From: Hominilimicola fabiformis
GTDB taxonomy: Bacteria; Bacillota; Clostridia; UBA1381
Reading direction: 5' to 3'
Assembly: GCF_020687385.1 (NCBI RefSeq)
Contig: NZ_JAJEQM010000001.1
Location: forward strand, 259,110-283,109
DNA length: 24,000 nt
Notes under the pieces: model-generated
Told to the model about the DNA's origin: nothing
Database searches by the model: none
Seen by the model: the letters and a program-made list of their open reading frames with translations, nothing else
Shown here: piece by piece, positions 8,770 through 16,897 of the stretch
How the letters are laid out: each line of letters opens with the position of its first letter
Position numbering within the stretch: the stretch's first letter is position 1
Position numbers and translations under genes: made by a program

Positions 8770-9183
8770 TTATATCAAAACACCGTTACAGTGGTCGATT
8801 TCGTGTTGGACGATTTGAGCTGTCCAGCCTTCAAAAGTTTTTGTTCTTATTTTAAAATCAAGTGTCTGATACTGCACGCGTATTTTCTTATACCTTTTAA
8901 TTTTACGAGGGCCGCCGAGCAGGGAAAGACAACTTTCTTCCGTTTCGTATGGGTCAGACCTTTTAATTATTTCGGGATTTAGCATTATCATATATTTTCC
9001 GTCATTATCAAAGCATATAATGCTTTTATTTACGCCTATCATATTTGCCGCCATACCTACGCATACTTCTTTATGTGCGGTTAAGGTTTCAAGCAAGTCT
9101 TGGGCGGTTTGTAAATCGGCGGCTGTTGCCGGTTCTGATTTTAATGTCAAAAATATTGGGTCATGTACAAGTTCTTTAATCAT
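8770..9183 (-). CDS. def: peptide deformylase, short (about 137 aa) paralogue type
   Basis: Motif 2 EESCLSL (EGCLS-like) and motif 3 QHEIDHCNG (HExxH) are present. Motif 1 is GMAANMIG rather than the canonical GxGxAAxQ. GAGG SD upstream. Confidence 0.88.
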   Translation of the reverse strand: MIKELVHDPIFLTLKSEPATAADLQTAQDLLETLTAHKEVCVGMAANMIGVNKSIICFDNDGKYMIMLNPEIIKRSDPYETEESCLSLLGGPRKIKRYKKIRVQYQTLDFKIRTKTFEGWTAQIVQHEIDHCNGVLI

Positions 9184-9346
9184 TTTAAAACCTCACAATA
9201 ATATTGATTACATTTGAATTATAACACAATAGTAATATAAGTCAAGTGTAGGGTAATTTTATTTTTACAGTGAAATATATTGACAAAATAATACAATATA
9301 GGATAAAATATTTATGAAATAAATAAAATTGGTGATGAAGAAAATT

Positions 9347-10063
9347 ATGAAATTAAATATAGCGATTTGCGATGACAACAAATTAGTATTGGAAAATGAG
9401 AAAGCGCTAATTGAAGAAACGTTGAAAGAGATGGGAATACCGTACAAGATGGACAAGTATCAAAATCCCGAAAATCTTATTAAAAATGCTTGGCAATACG
9501 ATTTAGTATTTTTAGATGTGGAAATGGATGAAGTCAACGGAATTGTGGCGGCGGAAAGTATTCACAATATCAACAAGGAATGTTTGCTGTTTTTCGTAAC
9601 CAACCACGAGGTTTATATGGACTATGCTATGAACGAGTATGCATTCAGATTTTGGGTAAAGCCTATGTCGAAAGAAAAACTGAAATTTGGGTTAGAGTCG
9701 GCGTTGAAACGGTTGGAGAACAACAACAAATGCATAGAATTCAACACCGACAGAAATGTTGTGAATATACCGATAAATAAAATTATTTTTATATGTGCCG
9801 AGAACAAAAAAACGACTATTGTTACGGTAGATGAACAATTTGTGGTAGACAGACCGTATAAAGCGGTCAAAGATATGATAAATTCATATTTCTTCTACGA
9901 GTCACACGCAAGTTACTATGTGAACTTAAATTATGTGAAAGCATATTCGCCGTCACACGTAAAATGCGGAATAGGAAATCATGAATATGAAATTCATATG
10001 TCGCGAAGAAAATATACGAAATTTAATAAATATTTTATAGATTGGATGGGTGAACAAAAATGA
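9347..10063 (+). CDS. agrA: LytTR-family two-component response regulator (AgrA-like)
   Basis: Receiver domain with DD (ICDDN), phospho-acceptor Asp (FLDVEMD), Thr (FVTNH) and Lys-Pro (VKP). C-terminal LytTR domain (IPINKIIFICAENKKT...HMSRRKY). Start is uncertain: TTG 9329, ATG 9335 or ATG 9347. The stop overlaps the kinase start (ATGA). Confidence 0.9.
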   Translation: MKLNIAICDDNKLVLENEKALIEETLKEMGIPYKMDKYQNPENLIKNAWQYDLVFLDVEMDEVNGIVAAESIHNINKECLLFFVTNHEVYMDYAMNEYAFRFWVKPMSKEKLKFGLESALKRLENNNKCIEFNTDRNVVNIPINKIIFICAENKKTTIVTVDEQFVVDRPYKAVKDMINSYFFYESHASYYVNLNYVKAYSPSHVKCGIGNHEYEIHMSRRKYTKFNKYFIDWMGEQK

Positions 10064-11340
10064 GAATAGATGCAGGATTGATAATTGGTGTTGCACTGGA
10101 ATTTATAATAATGTTGTATTTTGCAAATTCGACGTTACAACCGAAAAAGAATTATTATATAAGCTCTGCGATGTGCTTTGTGGGGTATTTGATTGTATTT
10201 GCTTTTTCGCTGTTTAATCAATTATTTGTTAATGTGGGTGTTTTTATAGTAATTAATTTGCTGATTTTTAATTTGGGTTATAGAATAAATTTTAAAACCT
10301 CAATATTTCAAACAATAATGTTGTTGGTGTTTATGTTTTTGGGTGAAATAATAGTAGCGTTTACTATGAAAATGGGATTAGACAAGAAAAGCTTTTTAGA
10401 AGTCACGCCTCAACAGTCAATGATTATAACGGTGGCGGGAAAATTGATATACTTTTTATCGGTGTTTTTTATGAAAAGAGTAGACAGAAAAAAGGTGATT
10501 TCTTCAGAAAAATCTTCTCTGTTGTTAGCGGTAGTTCCTATAATGACTTTTGTGTGTTTAATTATGGTTTATCCGCTGAATATTGACAAGCGTATATTTT
10601 CTTCGGTTTGTATTATCGCAATAACCTTAAATGTTGTTACTTTTTCGATAAACGAATTTATGCTTGCAAAAAACAGAAGAATAAGAATACTTGAAGATGA
10701 AAATTATAAAAACTGTATTGAATTAGAAGAATACAAGACGTTAAATGAAAAATATGAACACAGCAGAATAATGAATCATGATTTTAGAGAACATCTAAAT
10801 GTTTTGAAAACTTTAATTTCAGAAGATATTCAAAAAGCACAAGAATATGTAGGAAAGATTGAAAAAGAGTGTGAGGATTCAAAAATAGAAAAATACAGTG
10901 ACAACAATATTCTTAATATATTACTTATTCGCAAGAAAAAAGAGTGTGAAGAAAACGGAATTAAGTTAAACATAACCTCAACTAACCCGAAACTTGATTT
11001 TATAGACGGAATGGACACGGTTGCTATATTTTCTAATTTGATTAACAATGCAATAGAGGCTTGCTCAGACTCGGCAAGAAAAGATATTTTTATTGATTTA
11101 TATACAGTTAATAACGCATTTAGTGTTATTAAAGTTGAAAATTATGCTGATAAAGAGCCGATAGTTGTAGAAGGTATGTTGAGAAGTGGGAAAGATGACG
11201 GTAATTCTCACGGAATCGGTATTAAGAGTATAAATAATTCATTAAGCAAATATGACGGTAAAATGAGTTGGTCGTATGACAAAGCTAAAGGTATGTTTAG
11301 AACCGTTATTTCTATAAATAATTCACAAATTAACATTTAA
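10060..11340 (+). CDS. agrC: AgrC-like sensor histidine kinase (GHKL ATPase, HPK10 type)
   Basis: About 200-aa N-terminal polytopic membrane sensor (6-7 hydrophobic helices). H-box NHDFREHLNVL, N-box FSNLINNAIEA, G-box SHGIGIKSI. Translationally coupled to the LytTR regulator. Confidence 0.9.
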   Translation: MRIDAGLIIGVALEFIIMLYFANSTLQPKKNYYISSAMCFVGYLIVFAFSLFNQLFVNVGVFIVINLLIFNLGYRINFKTSIFQTIMLLVFMFLGEIIVAFTMKMGLDKKSFLEVTPQQSMIITVAGKLIYFLSVFFMKRVDRKKVISSEKSSLLLAVVPIMTFVCLIMVYPLNIDKRIFSSVCIIAITLNVVTFSINEFMLAKNRRIRILEDENYKNCIELEEYKTLNEKYEHSRIMNHDFREHLNVLKTLISEDIQKAQEYVGKIEKECEDSKIEKYSDNNILNILLIRKKKECEENGIKLNITSTNPKLDFIDGMDTVAIFSNLINNAIEACSDSARKDIFIDLYTVNNAFSVIKVENYADKEPIVVEGMLRSGKDDGNSHGIGIKSINNSLSKYDGKMSWSYDKAKGMFRTVISINNSQINI

Positions 11341-11348
11341 AATTTATA

Positions 11349-11377
11349 TTGACATTGTTGACATTTAATGTTATAAT
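11349..11377 (+). promoter_or_regulatory. consensus sigma-A promoter for agrD-agrB
   Basis: TTGACA (11349-11354), 17-nt spacer, TATAAT (11372-11377). A second TTGACA lies at 11358-11363, giving a 9-bp-phased direct repeat TTGACATTG/TTGACATTT. ACATT pentamers occur at 11333, 11352 and 11361. Confidence 0.7.
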
Positions 11378-11427
11378 GTGATTGTAGGAATATAGGTAAA
11401 CGTAAAGATAAGAAAGGATGTTTTATT

Positions 11428-11583
11428 ATGAAAAAGTTCCTAAACAAAGTAGTTCCAACACTAATTAAAATTGTGCCTGTTTGCTCAGCATTGATGCTTG
11501 TAATTAACAGTAATTCAACATCAACAATTTGGAATGGACAGCCGGAAGCACCAAAAGGACTTAAGAAGTATCGTAAGTTCTAA
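11428..11583 (+). CDS. agrD: AgrD-type cyclic autoinducing peptide precursor (51 aa; not in the supplied ORF track)
   Basis: Translation: MKKFLNKVVPTLIKIVPVCSALMLVINSNSTSTIWNGQPEAPKGLKKYRKF. It has a basic/amphipathic N-terminal leader, a short core, and the conserved charged tail QPExPKxL seen in clostridial AgrD. AAAGGA SD lies 9 nt upstream. It ends 2 nt before agrB. Confidence 0.8.
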   Translation: MKKFLNKVVPTLIKIVPVCSALMLVINSNSTSTIWNGQPEAPKGLKKYRKF

Positions 11584-11585
11584 TT

Positions 11586-12182
11586 ATGTTTCGTAAATTT
11601 TCGGAATGGGCTGTGGCATATGCCATTAGGTTAGGTTACATACCTAAGGAAGAACAGGAAGAATATACTTACGGACTTGACCTTGTAATGAGTGTTATTG
11701 TCAGTGATTTGACAATGCTTATAATAGGTATAATAATGAAAATGATACCGCAAGTTATCGTTTTCGGATTTATGTACAAGTTTATTCGTAAATATGTGGG
11801 CGGATACCATTGTGAATCATCTTTGACGTGTTTAATGTCGTCAAGTACGATGTGCATATGCGTTCTGCTTGCTATTAAATATCTTCCGTATAACCTTGGC
11901 GTATACATAGTCGCAACCGTTTTATCTATTGGGGTACTCTTTGCAATTTCGCCAATCGAGGCGATAAACAAACCTTTGGAAGAAATCGAAGTTAAGGTTT
12001 TCGGAAAAAGGGCGAGAATTGTACTTTGTATTACACTTGTAATATTTGGTGTGATTTGCGCGTTCGGTTTGACGGAAATGGTAAAAACAATGGCAATAAG
12101 CGTCGTTGATATTTTACTTTTTGCGGTTATGGGTAAGATAAAATTGTTGAACTACAAAAGGAAAAAAATTGAACAGAATTAA
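11586..12182 (+). CDS. agrB: accessory gene regulator B (AgrB) family membrane peptidase
   Basis: 198-aa polytopic membrane ORF with an AgrB-type N-terminus and the conserved RKYVGGYHCES region (catalytic His/Cys context). It is immediately downstream of agrD. Confidence 0.9.
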   Translation: MFRKFSEWAVAYAIRLGYIPKEEQEEYTYGLDLVMSVIVSDLTMLIIGIIMKMIPQVIVFGFMYKFIRKYVGGYHCESSLTCLMSSSTMCICVLLAIKYLPYNLGVYIVATVLSIGVLFAISPIEAINKPLEEIEVKVFGKRARIVLCITLVIFGVICAFGLTEMVKTMAISVVDILLFAVMGKIKLLNYKRKKIEQN

Positions 12183-12186
12183 CTCG

Positions 12187-12222
12187 AAAAATGTGATATT
12201 TTTACAAATATCACATTTTTTT
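12187..12222 (+). terminator. Rho-independent terminator after agrB
   Basis: Stem aaaatgtgatattt/aaatatcacatttt, followed by T7. Confidence 0.8.
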
Positions 12223-12432
12223 GCTACCAAGTTTCCGGATTAAGCTACCACTTAGTCGTAAACTGTTTACTTTTTTTTATTTTTGAGATAATATTACTAC
12301 ATCAGATTCATTAAAATTTTATATATTTCAATCGAAAAAACATCGGTTTTTGCATTTCTCCAAAGCAAACGATGTTTTTTTATTTTTACAGGGATATGTT
12401 GGAATAACTCGATTAATTTATTTTAGAATGGA

Positions 12433-12461
12433 TTGACGGTAAAATGACTGTGTGATATAAT
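12433..12461 (+). promoter_or_regulatory. sigma-A-type promoter for the GNAT-cysE unit
   Basis: TTGACG (12433-12438), 17-nt spacer, TATAAT (12456-12461). Confidence 0.65.
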
Positions 12462-12495
12462 TTTAGTAGTTTATGAGATTAGAGGAGAAATGAAA

Positions 12496-13050
12496 ATGAG
12501 TTATATAAGAAATGTTGAATTATCCGACGCGGAAGTGTTGGTTGAAATATACCGTCCGTATGTCGAAAATACAACAATATCGTTTGAATATGAAACTCCG
12601 TCTGTAGACGAGTTTAGAAGTCGTATTGAAAATATTTCAAAAAAGTATCCTTACATTGTTATGGTTGAGGACGATGAAATTGTCGGTTATGCATATGCGG
12701 GAACGTTCAAAGGACGTAAGGCGTATGACTGGAGCGTTGAAACGACTATATATGTAAGAGAGGACAAAAAAGGTGGCGGATACGGCAAGAAGTTGTATCT
12801 TGAACTTGAAGAAAGATTGAAAAAACAAAACATTCTTAATATGTATGCTTGTATTGCGTATACGGACAATGAAGATGGGCATTTGACAAACAACAGTATG
12901 CAGTTCCACGAGCATATGGGTTTCAGACTTATCGGCACATTCAAAAAGTGCGGTTACAAGTTCGACAAGTGGTACGATATGATTTGGATGGAGAAATTTA
13001 TCGGCGAACATAAGGTTAATCCCGACGCGGTGACAAAACCTGAAATTTAG
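12496..13050 (+). CDS. GNAT family N-acetyltransferase (phosphinothricin / methionine-sulfoximine acetyltransferase-like)
   Basis: PAT-like N-terminus (IRNVELSDAEVLVEIYRPYVENTTISFEYETPSVDEF) and AcCoA-binding motif KKGGGYGKKLYLELEERL. ATG 12496 lies 8 nt after GGAG; the track start at 12490 is too close to the SD. Confidence 0.88.
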   Translation: MSYIRNVELSDAEVLVEIYRPYVENTTISFEYETPSVDEFRSRIENISKKYPYIVMVEDDEIVGYAYAGTFKGRKAYDWSVETTIYVREDKKGGGYGKKLYLELEERLKKQNILNMYACIAYTDNEDGHLTNNSMQFHEHMGFRLIGTFKKCGYKFDKWYDMIWMEKFIGEHKVNPDAVTKPEI

Positions 13051-13120
13051 TTTACAATTTTCGATATGTGTGATAGACTATAGGAACAGTGCATAAAATA
13101 GTACATAAGGAGGTTTACAT

Positions 13121-14047
13121 ATGGCGAATAAAGTAGAAGATTTAGTCAATGTGATTTTAGACAGCTACAATGAATGTGACATTACAGCGAGAATTGACGA
13201 AGAGAATATGCTTAACAAGGATATTCTTATAGAAATTATAGATGAAATAAGAAAAGTGCTTTTTCCGGGCTTTTTTGACAACAACAAGGTCAGAAGTGAA
13301 TACTTAAAGTTTCTTGTCGGTGAAAGACTGGAATTTATACAGTATCATTTGAAGAAACAGGTATCAAACGCGTTTGCAAATCAAGATGTATGCAGAGAGT
13401 GCAGTAAGGCACAGGCAGAGGAAAAAGCGGAAGAAGTTGTTTTTGAATTTTTAAAGAGAATACCGAAAATAAGAGAATACTTAAATACAGACATTCAAGC
13501 TGCGTATGACGGTGACCCTGCGGCATACAGCACAGATGAAATAATTTTCTGTTATCCGGGAGTGTTTGCAATCACTGTTTACAGAATTGCTCACGAATTG
13601 TGGCTTTTGGGCGTGCCTATGATTCCGAGAATAATGACGGAATATGCTCACAGCACAACAGGTATAGATATTCACCCGGGTGCGACTGTCGGCAAATATT
13701 TCTTTATAGACCACGGTACAGGTATTGTTATAGGTGAAACTACCGAAATCGGCGATAATGTAAAAATATATCAAGGCGTTACTTTAGGTGCACTTTCGAC
13801 AAGAAAAGGTCAGCAGTTAAAGGGTGTTAAACGTCATCCGACTATCAGTGACAACGTTACGATATATTCGGGTACGACTATTCTTGGCGGTGAAACGGTT
13901 GTCGGTAAGGGTACGACTATCGGCGGTAATGCGTTTATCGTTAATTCCGTTTCGGAGGGTATGAAAGTCAGCGTGAAAAATCCCGAACTTGAGTACAGTG
14001 TCGGAAATGCGTCTATGAAGGACGGTTATTGGGATTGGTGTATATAA
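13121..14047 (+). CDS. cysE: serine O-acetyltransferase (long form)
   Basis: Left-handed beta-helix hexapeptide region [41 protein letters not shown], preceded by the SAT N-terminal helical domain. AAGGAGG SD upstream. Confidence 0.9.
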   Translation: MANKVEDLVNVILDSYNECDITARIDEENMLNKDILIEIIDEIRKVLFPGFFDNNKVRSEYLKFLVGERLEFIQYHLKKQVSNAFANQDVCRECSKAQAEEKAEEVVFEFLKRIPKIREYLNTDIQAAYDGDPAAYSTDEIIFCYPGVFAITVYRIAHELWLLGVPMIPRIMTEYAHSTTGIDIHPGATVGKYFFIDHGTGIVIGETTEIGDNVKIYQGVTLGALSTRKGQQLKGVKRHPTISDNVTIYSGTTILGGETVVGKGTTIGGNAFIVNSVSEGMKVSVKNPELEYSVGNASMKDGYWDWCI

Positions 14048-14056
14048 AAAATTTGC

Positions 14057-14124
14057 GAGCCTGTCGACAGCTCCAAAAATCACATCTTGCGATGTAATTT
14101 TTGAGTATTTTCAAAGAAAAAATC
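14057..14124 (-). repeat. Copy A of a ~65-bp dispersed intergenic repeat (inverted relative to copy B at 18365)
   Basis: The reverse complement of 14062-14124 matches 18365-18427 at 57 of 63 positions in a hand alignment without gaps. It contains the small palindromes gagcctgtcgacagctc and acatcttgcgatgt. Confidence 0.8.
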
Positions 14125-14161
14125 ATAAAGTTCCTCCGAAGTCGAAACTTTAGATTTTAAG

Positions 14162-14197
14162 TCATTTCTGCCGCACATGTCGCCAGAAATGATTTTT
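14162..14197 (+). terminator. terminator-like hairpin in the cysE-metY spacer
   Basis: 9-bp stem tcatttctg/cagaaatga with a 13-nt loop, followed by T5. Confidence 0.5.
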
Positions 14198-14305
14198 AAT
14201 GAGGCTGCACCTCAAACTTCCCCAAGAATACAGTAGACAAAACCATAACGGTTTTGTCAGCAATCTGAACATATACAATATGATTTTTGATAATATTTCA
14301 GAGGT

Positions 14306-14351
14306 AAATATCCGCATAAAATCGAAGAATTTTAGCGGATATTTATTTTTT
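14306..14351 (+). terminator. strong terminator-like hairpin just upstream of the metY promoter
   Basis: About 16-bp stem aaatatccgc(a)taaaat/attttagcggatattt with one bulge, loop cgaaga, followed by ATTTTTT. Confidence 0.65.
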
Positions 14352-14374
14352 ATAAAAAATTTTTCAAAAAGGTA

Positions 14375-14402
14375 TTGACAAATCGGAAAAATGTGCTATA
14401 AT
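14375..14402 (+). promoter_or_regulatory. consensus sigma-A promoter of the leader-metY-cysK unit
   Basis: TTGACA (14375-14380), 16-nt spacer, TGC-TATAAT extended -10 (14394-14402). Confidence 0.75.
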
Positions 14403-14450
14403 ACAAATCATAGTAATTCCATAGGAAAAGAGAAGAAAGGAAAATGCGAT

Positions 14451-14513
14451 ATGATAACACAAAATCTAAAGTATGTACAGAACGGACGAATGTGTTGCTG
14501 TTGCTGTAACTAA
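14451..14513 (+). CDS. putative Cys-rich leader peptide (20 aa, MITQNLKYVQNGRMCCCCCN)
   Basis: ATG at 14451 lies about 9 nt after AAAGGA. Five consecutive Cys codons TGT TGC TGT TGC TGT occupy 14493-14507, with the stop at 14511-14513. It sits between the predicted promoter and metY and is not in the supplied ORF track. Confidence 0.55.
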   Translation: MITQNLKYVQNGRMCCCCCN

Positions 14514-14574
14514 TTTAATAAGAAAGAACAATACACATAAATATAAAAATTGAGAAAGAAAGAGGTACAAAATT

Positions 14575-15864
14575 ATGTCAAATAAGAATTGGAGATTTGA
14601 AACAAAGCAATTACACGTTGGTCAGGAACAAGCAGATCCTGTTACAGATTCAAGAGCTGTTCCGATTTATGCATCAACATCATTCGTATTCCACAACTCA
14701 CAGCACGCAGCTGACCGTTTCGGTTTGAGAGATGCAGGTAACATCTACGGCAGACTTACAAACCCTACAGAAGATATTTTTGAACAGAGAATAGCAGCCC
14801 TTGAAGGCGGTGTTGCAGCATTGGCAGTTGCATCGGGTGCGGCAGCTCTTGCTTATACATTCCAAACACTTGCTAAGCAAGGCGATCACATCGTAGCCGC
14901 AAAGACAATTTACGGCGGAACATACAACTATCTTGAACATACATTCCCTGAATTCGGTGTTACAACAACATTCGTTGACCCTGAAGTTGACGGTGCATTT
15001 GAAGCAGCTATTCAGGATAACACAAAGGCAATCTTCATTGAAACACTTGGTAACCCAAATTCAAACCTAATTGATATTGAAGAAATTGCAAAGATTGCTC
15101 ACGCACATAACATTCCGCTTGTAGTTGACTCAACATTCGCTACACCTTATCTTGTAAGACCAATCGAATACGGTGCAGACATCGTTGTTCACAGTGCAAC
15201 TAAGTTTATCGGCGGTCACGGTACTGCAATCGGTGGTGTAATCGTTGACAGCGGTAACTTTGACTGGGCTAAGTCGGGTAAGTTCCCTCACCTTGTAGAG
15301 CCTAACGCATCATATCACGGTATCAGCTTTGCAAATGATGTAGGAGCTGCCGCATTCGTAACATATATCAGAGCTATCCTGCTTCGTGACACAGGTGCTA
15401 CACTTTCACCGTTCCACGCATTCATCTTCTTACAGGGTCTTGAAACTTTGTCACTAAGAGTTGAACGTCACGTTGAAAACGCTCTAAAGATTGTTGATTA
15501 CCTAAACAAGCATCCAAAGGTAGAGGCTGTTCATCATCCGTCACTACCTACAGAGCCAAGCCACGAACTATACAAGAAGTATCTTCCAAACGGCGGCGGA
15601 AGTATCTTTACATTTGAAATCAAGGGCGGAGTTGAAGAGGCTCACAAGTTTATCGATAACCTTGAAATTTTCTCGCTTCTTGCAAATGTTGCAGACTCTA
15701 AGTCACTTGTAATTCACCCGGCTACAACTACTCATTCACAGTGCAATGAACAGGAACTTGCAGAACAGGGTATTAAGCCAAATACAATAAGACTATCAAT
15801 CGGTACAGAAAATATTGATGACCTTATTGCAGCTCTTGACGACGCATTCAACGCCGTTGACTAA
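14575..15864 (+). CDS. metY: O-acetylhomoserine aminocarboxypropyltransferase / sulfhydrylase
   Basis: 429-aa ORF of the Cys/Met-metabolism PLP family. PLP-lysine motif HSATKFIGGHG, with typical N-terminus (FETKQLHVGQE) and C-terminus (IRLSIGTENIDDLI). AGAGG SD upstream. Confidence 0.95.
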   Translation: MSNKNWRFETKQLHVGQEQADPVTDSRAVPIYASTSFVFHNSQHAADRFGLRDAGNIYGRLTNPTEDIFEQRIAALEGGVAALAVASGAAALAYTFQTLAKQGDHIVAAKTIYGGTYNYLEHTFPEFGVTTTFVDPEVDGAFEAAIQDNTKAIFIETLGNPNSNLIDIEEIAKIAHAHNIPLVVDSTFATPYLVRPIEYGADIVVHSATKFIGGHGTAIGGVIVDSGNFDWAKSGKFPHLVEPNASYHGISFANDVGAAAFVTYIRAILLRDTGATLSPFHAFIFLQGLETLSLRVERHVENALKIVDYLNKHPKVEAVHHPSLPTEPSHELYKKYLPNGGGSIFTFEIKGGVEEAHKFIDNLEIFSLLANVADSKSLVIHPATTTHSQCNEQELAEQGIKPNTIRLSIGTENIDDLIAALDDAFNAVD

Positions 15865-15906
15865 TTTTAAGTAAATTGTGTTAAAAGTCAGAAAGAAGGA
15901 ATTAAA

Positions 15907-16839
15907 ATGTCAAAGATATATCAGAAAATTACAGATCTTATCGGTGGTACACCGCTATTGGAACTTGCAAACTATGAAAAGAAGAATAACCTTGAAGCAA
16001 CCGTTCTTGGTAAGCTTGAATACTTTAACCCTGCCGGTTCGGTAAAAGACAGAATCGCAAAGGCAATGGTTGATGAGGCTGAACAAGAGGGTAAGTTAAA
16101 GGAAGGTTCTGTTATCATCGAGCCAACATCAGGTAATACAGGTATCGGTCTTGCGTCGGTTGCAGCCGCAAGAGGTTATAAAATTATAATCACAATGCCT
16201 GAAACAATGAGTATTGAAAGACGTAATCTATTAAAAGCATACGGTGCCGAACTTGTTTTGACAGACGGTGCAAAGGGTATGAAGGGTGCTATCGAAAAGG
16301 CTAAGGAACTTGCTGAAACAACAGAAAACAGCTTTATCCCAAGCCAGTTCACAAACCCTGCAAACCCTGCTTATCACAGAGCAACAACAGGTCCTGAAAT
16401 CTGGGCAGATACAGACGGTAAAGTTGATATATTTGTTGCCGGCGTAGGTACAGGCGGTACAGTTACCGGTGTAGGACAGTATCTAAAGTCACAAAACCCT
16501 GACGTTAAGGTTGTTGCAGTTGAGCCTGCAGGCTCACCGGTATTGTCACAAGGCAAAGCAGGTGCACACAAAATTCAAGGTATCGGTGCAGGTTTCGTTC
16601 CTGAAACTCTTGATACAAAGGTTTATGACGAAATCATTACTGTTGAAAATGAGGACGCATTCAAGACCGGCAGAGATATTGCCCGCAGTGAAGGTGTACT
16701 TGTGGGTATTTCATCAGGTGCGGCTGTTTGGGCGGCTACAGAGCTTGCCAAACGCCCTGAAAACAAGGGTAAGACAATCGTAGCTCTTTTGCCTGATACA
16801 GGTGAAAGATACTTGTCAACTCCTATGTTCGCTGAATAA
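15907..16839 (+). CDS. cysK: cysteine synthase A (O-acetylserine sulfhydrylase)
   Basis: 310-aa ORF. PLP-lysine motif [29 protein letters not shown], and C-terminal [11 protein letters not shown]. Confidence 0.96.
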   Translation: MSKIYQKITDLIGGTPLLELANYEKKNNLEATVLGKLEYFNPAGSVKDRIAKAMVDEAEQEGKLKEGSVIIEPTSGNTGIGLASVAAARGYKIIITMPETMSIERRNLLKAYGAELVLTDGAKGMKGAIEKAKELAETTENSFIPSQFTNPANPAYHRATTGPEIWADTDGKVDIFVAGVGTGGTVTGVGQYLKSQNPDVKVVAVEPAGSPVLSQGKAGAHKIQGIGAGFVPETLDTKVYDEIITVENEDAFKTGRDIARSEGVLVGISSGAAVWAATELAKRPENKGKTIVALLPDTGERYLSTPMFAE

Positions 16840-16868
16840 TTCAGTATTTAAAATTTGTTCACTATACC

Positions 16869-16897
16869 AAAGATGGCATTTATATGCCATCTTTTTT
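16869..16897 (+). terminator. Rho-independent terminator after cysK
   Basis: Stem agatggcat/atgccatct, 4-nt loop, followed by T6. Confidence 0.85.

Noticed and set aside
12223-12385. Orphan hairpins with T-runs downstream of the agrB terminator could be an RNAIII-like effector RNA.
   Set aside because: I find no convincing promoter in either orientation, the interval between hairpins is short, and it has no coding or extended structural features. This is not enough evidence to call an RNA gene.
14444-14509. An alternative overlapping leader ORF in another frame encodes MRYDNTKSKVCTERTNVLLLL (Leu run).
   Set aside because: Its ATG is only 2-3 nt from the SD-like AAAGGA, whereas the Cys-frame ATG at 14451 is about 9 nt away. 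A Leu run also has no link to the downstream genes. It cannot be formally excluded without translation data.
14100-14574. An S-box (SAM-I) or T-box riboswitch might sit upstream of metY-cysK, as is common in Firmicutes.
   Set aside because: The leader from the predicted promoter is only about 170 nt, A-rich and almost unstructured. I find no T-box-like GGTGGTACCGCG-type sequence, no multi-helix GC-rich core and no terminator hairpin just before metY. A covariance-model scan would be the decisive check.
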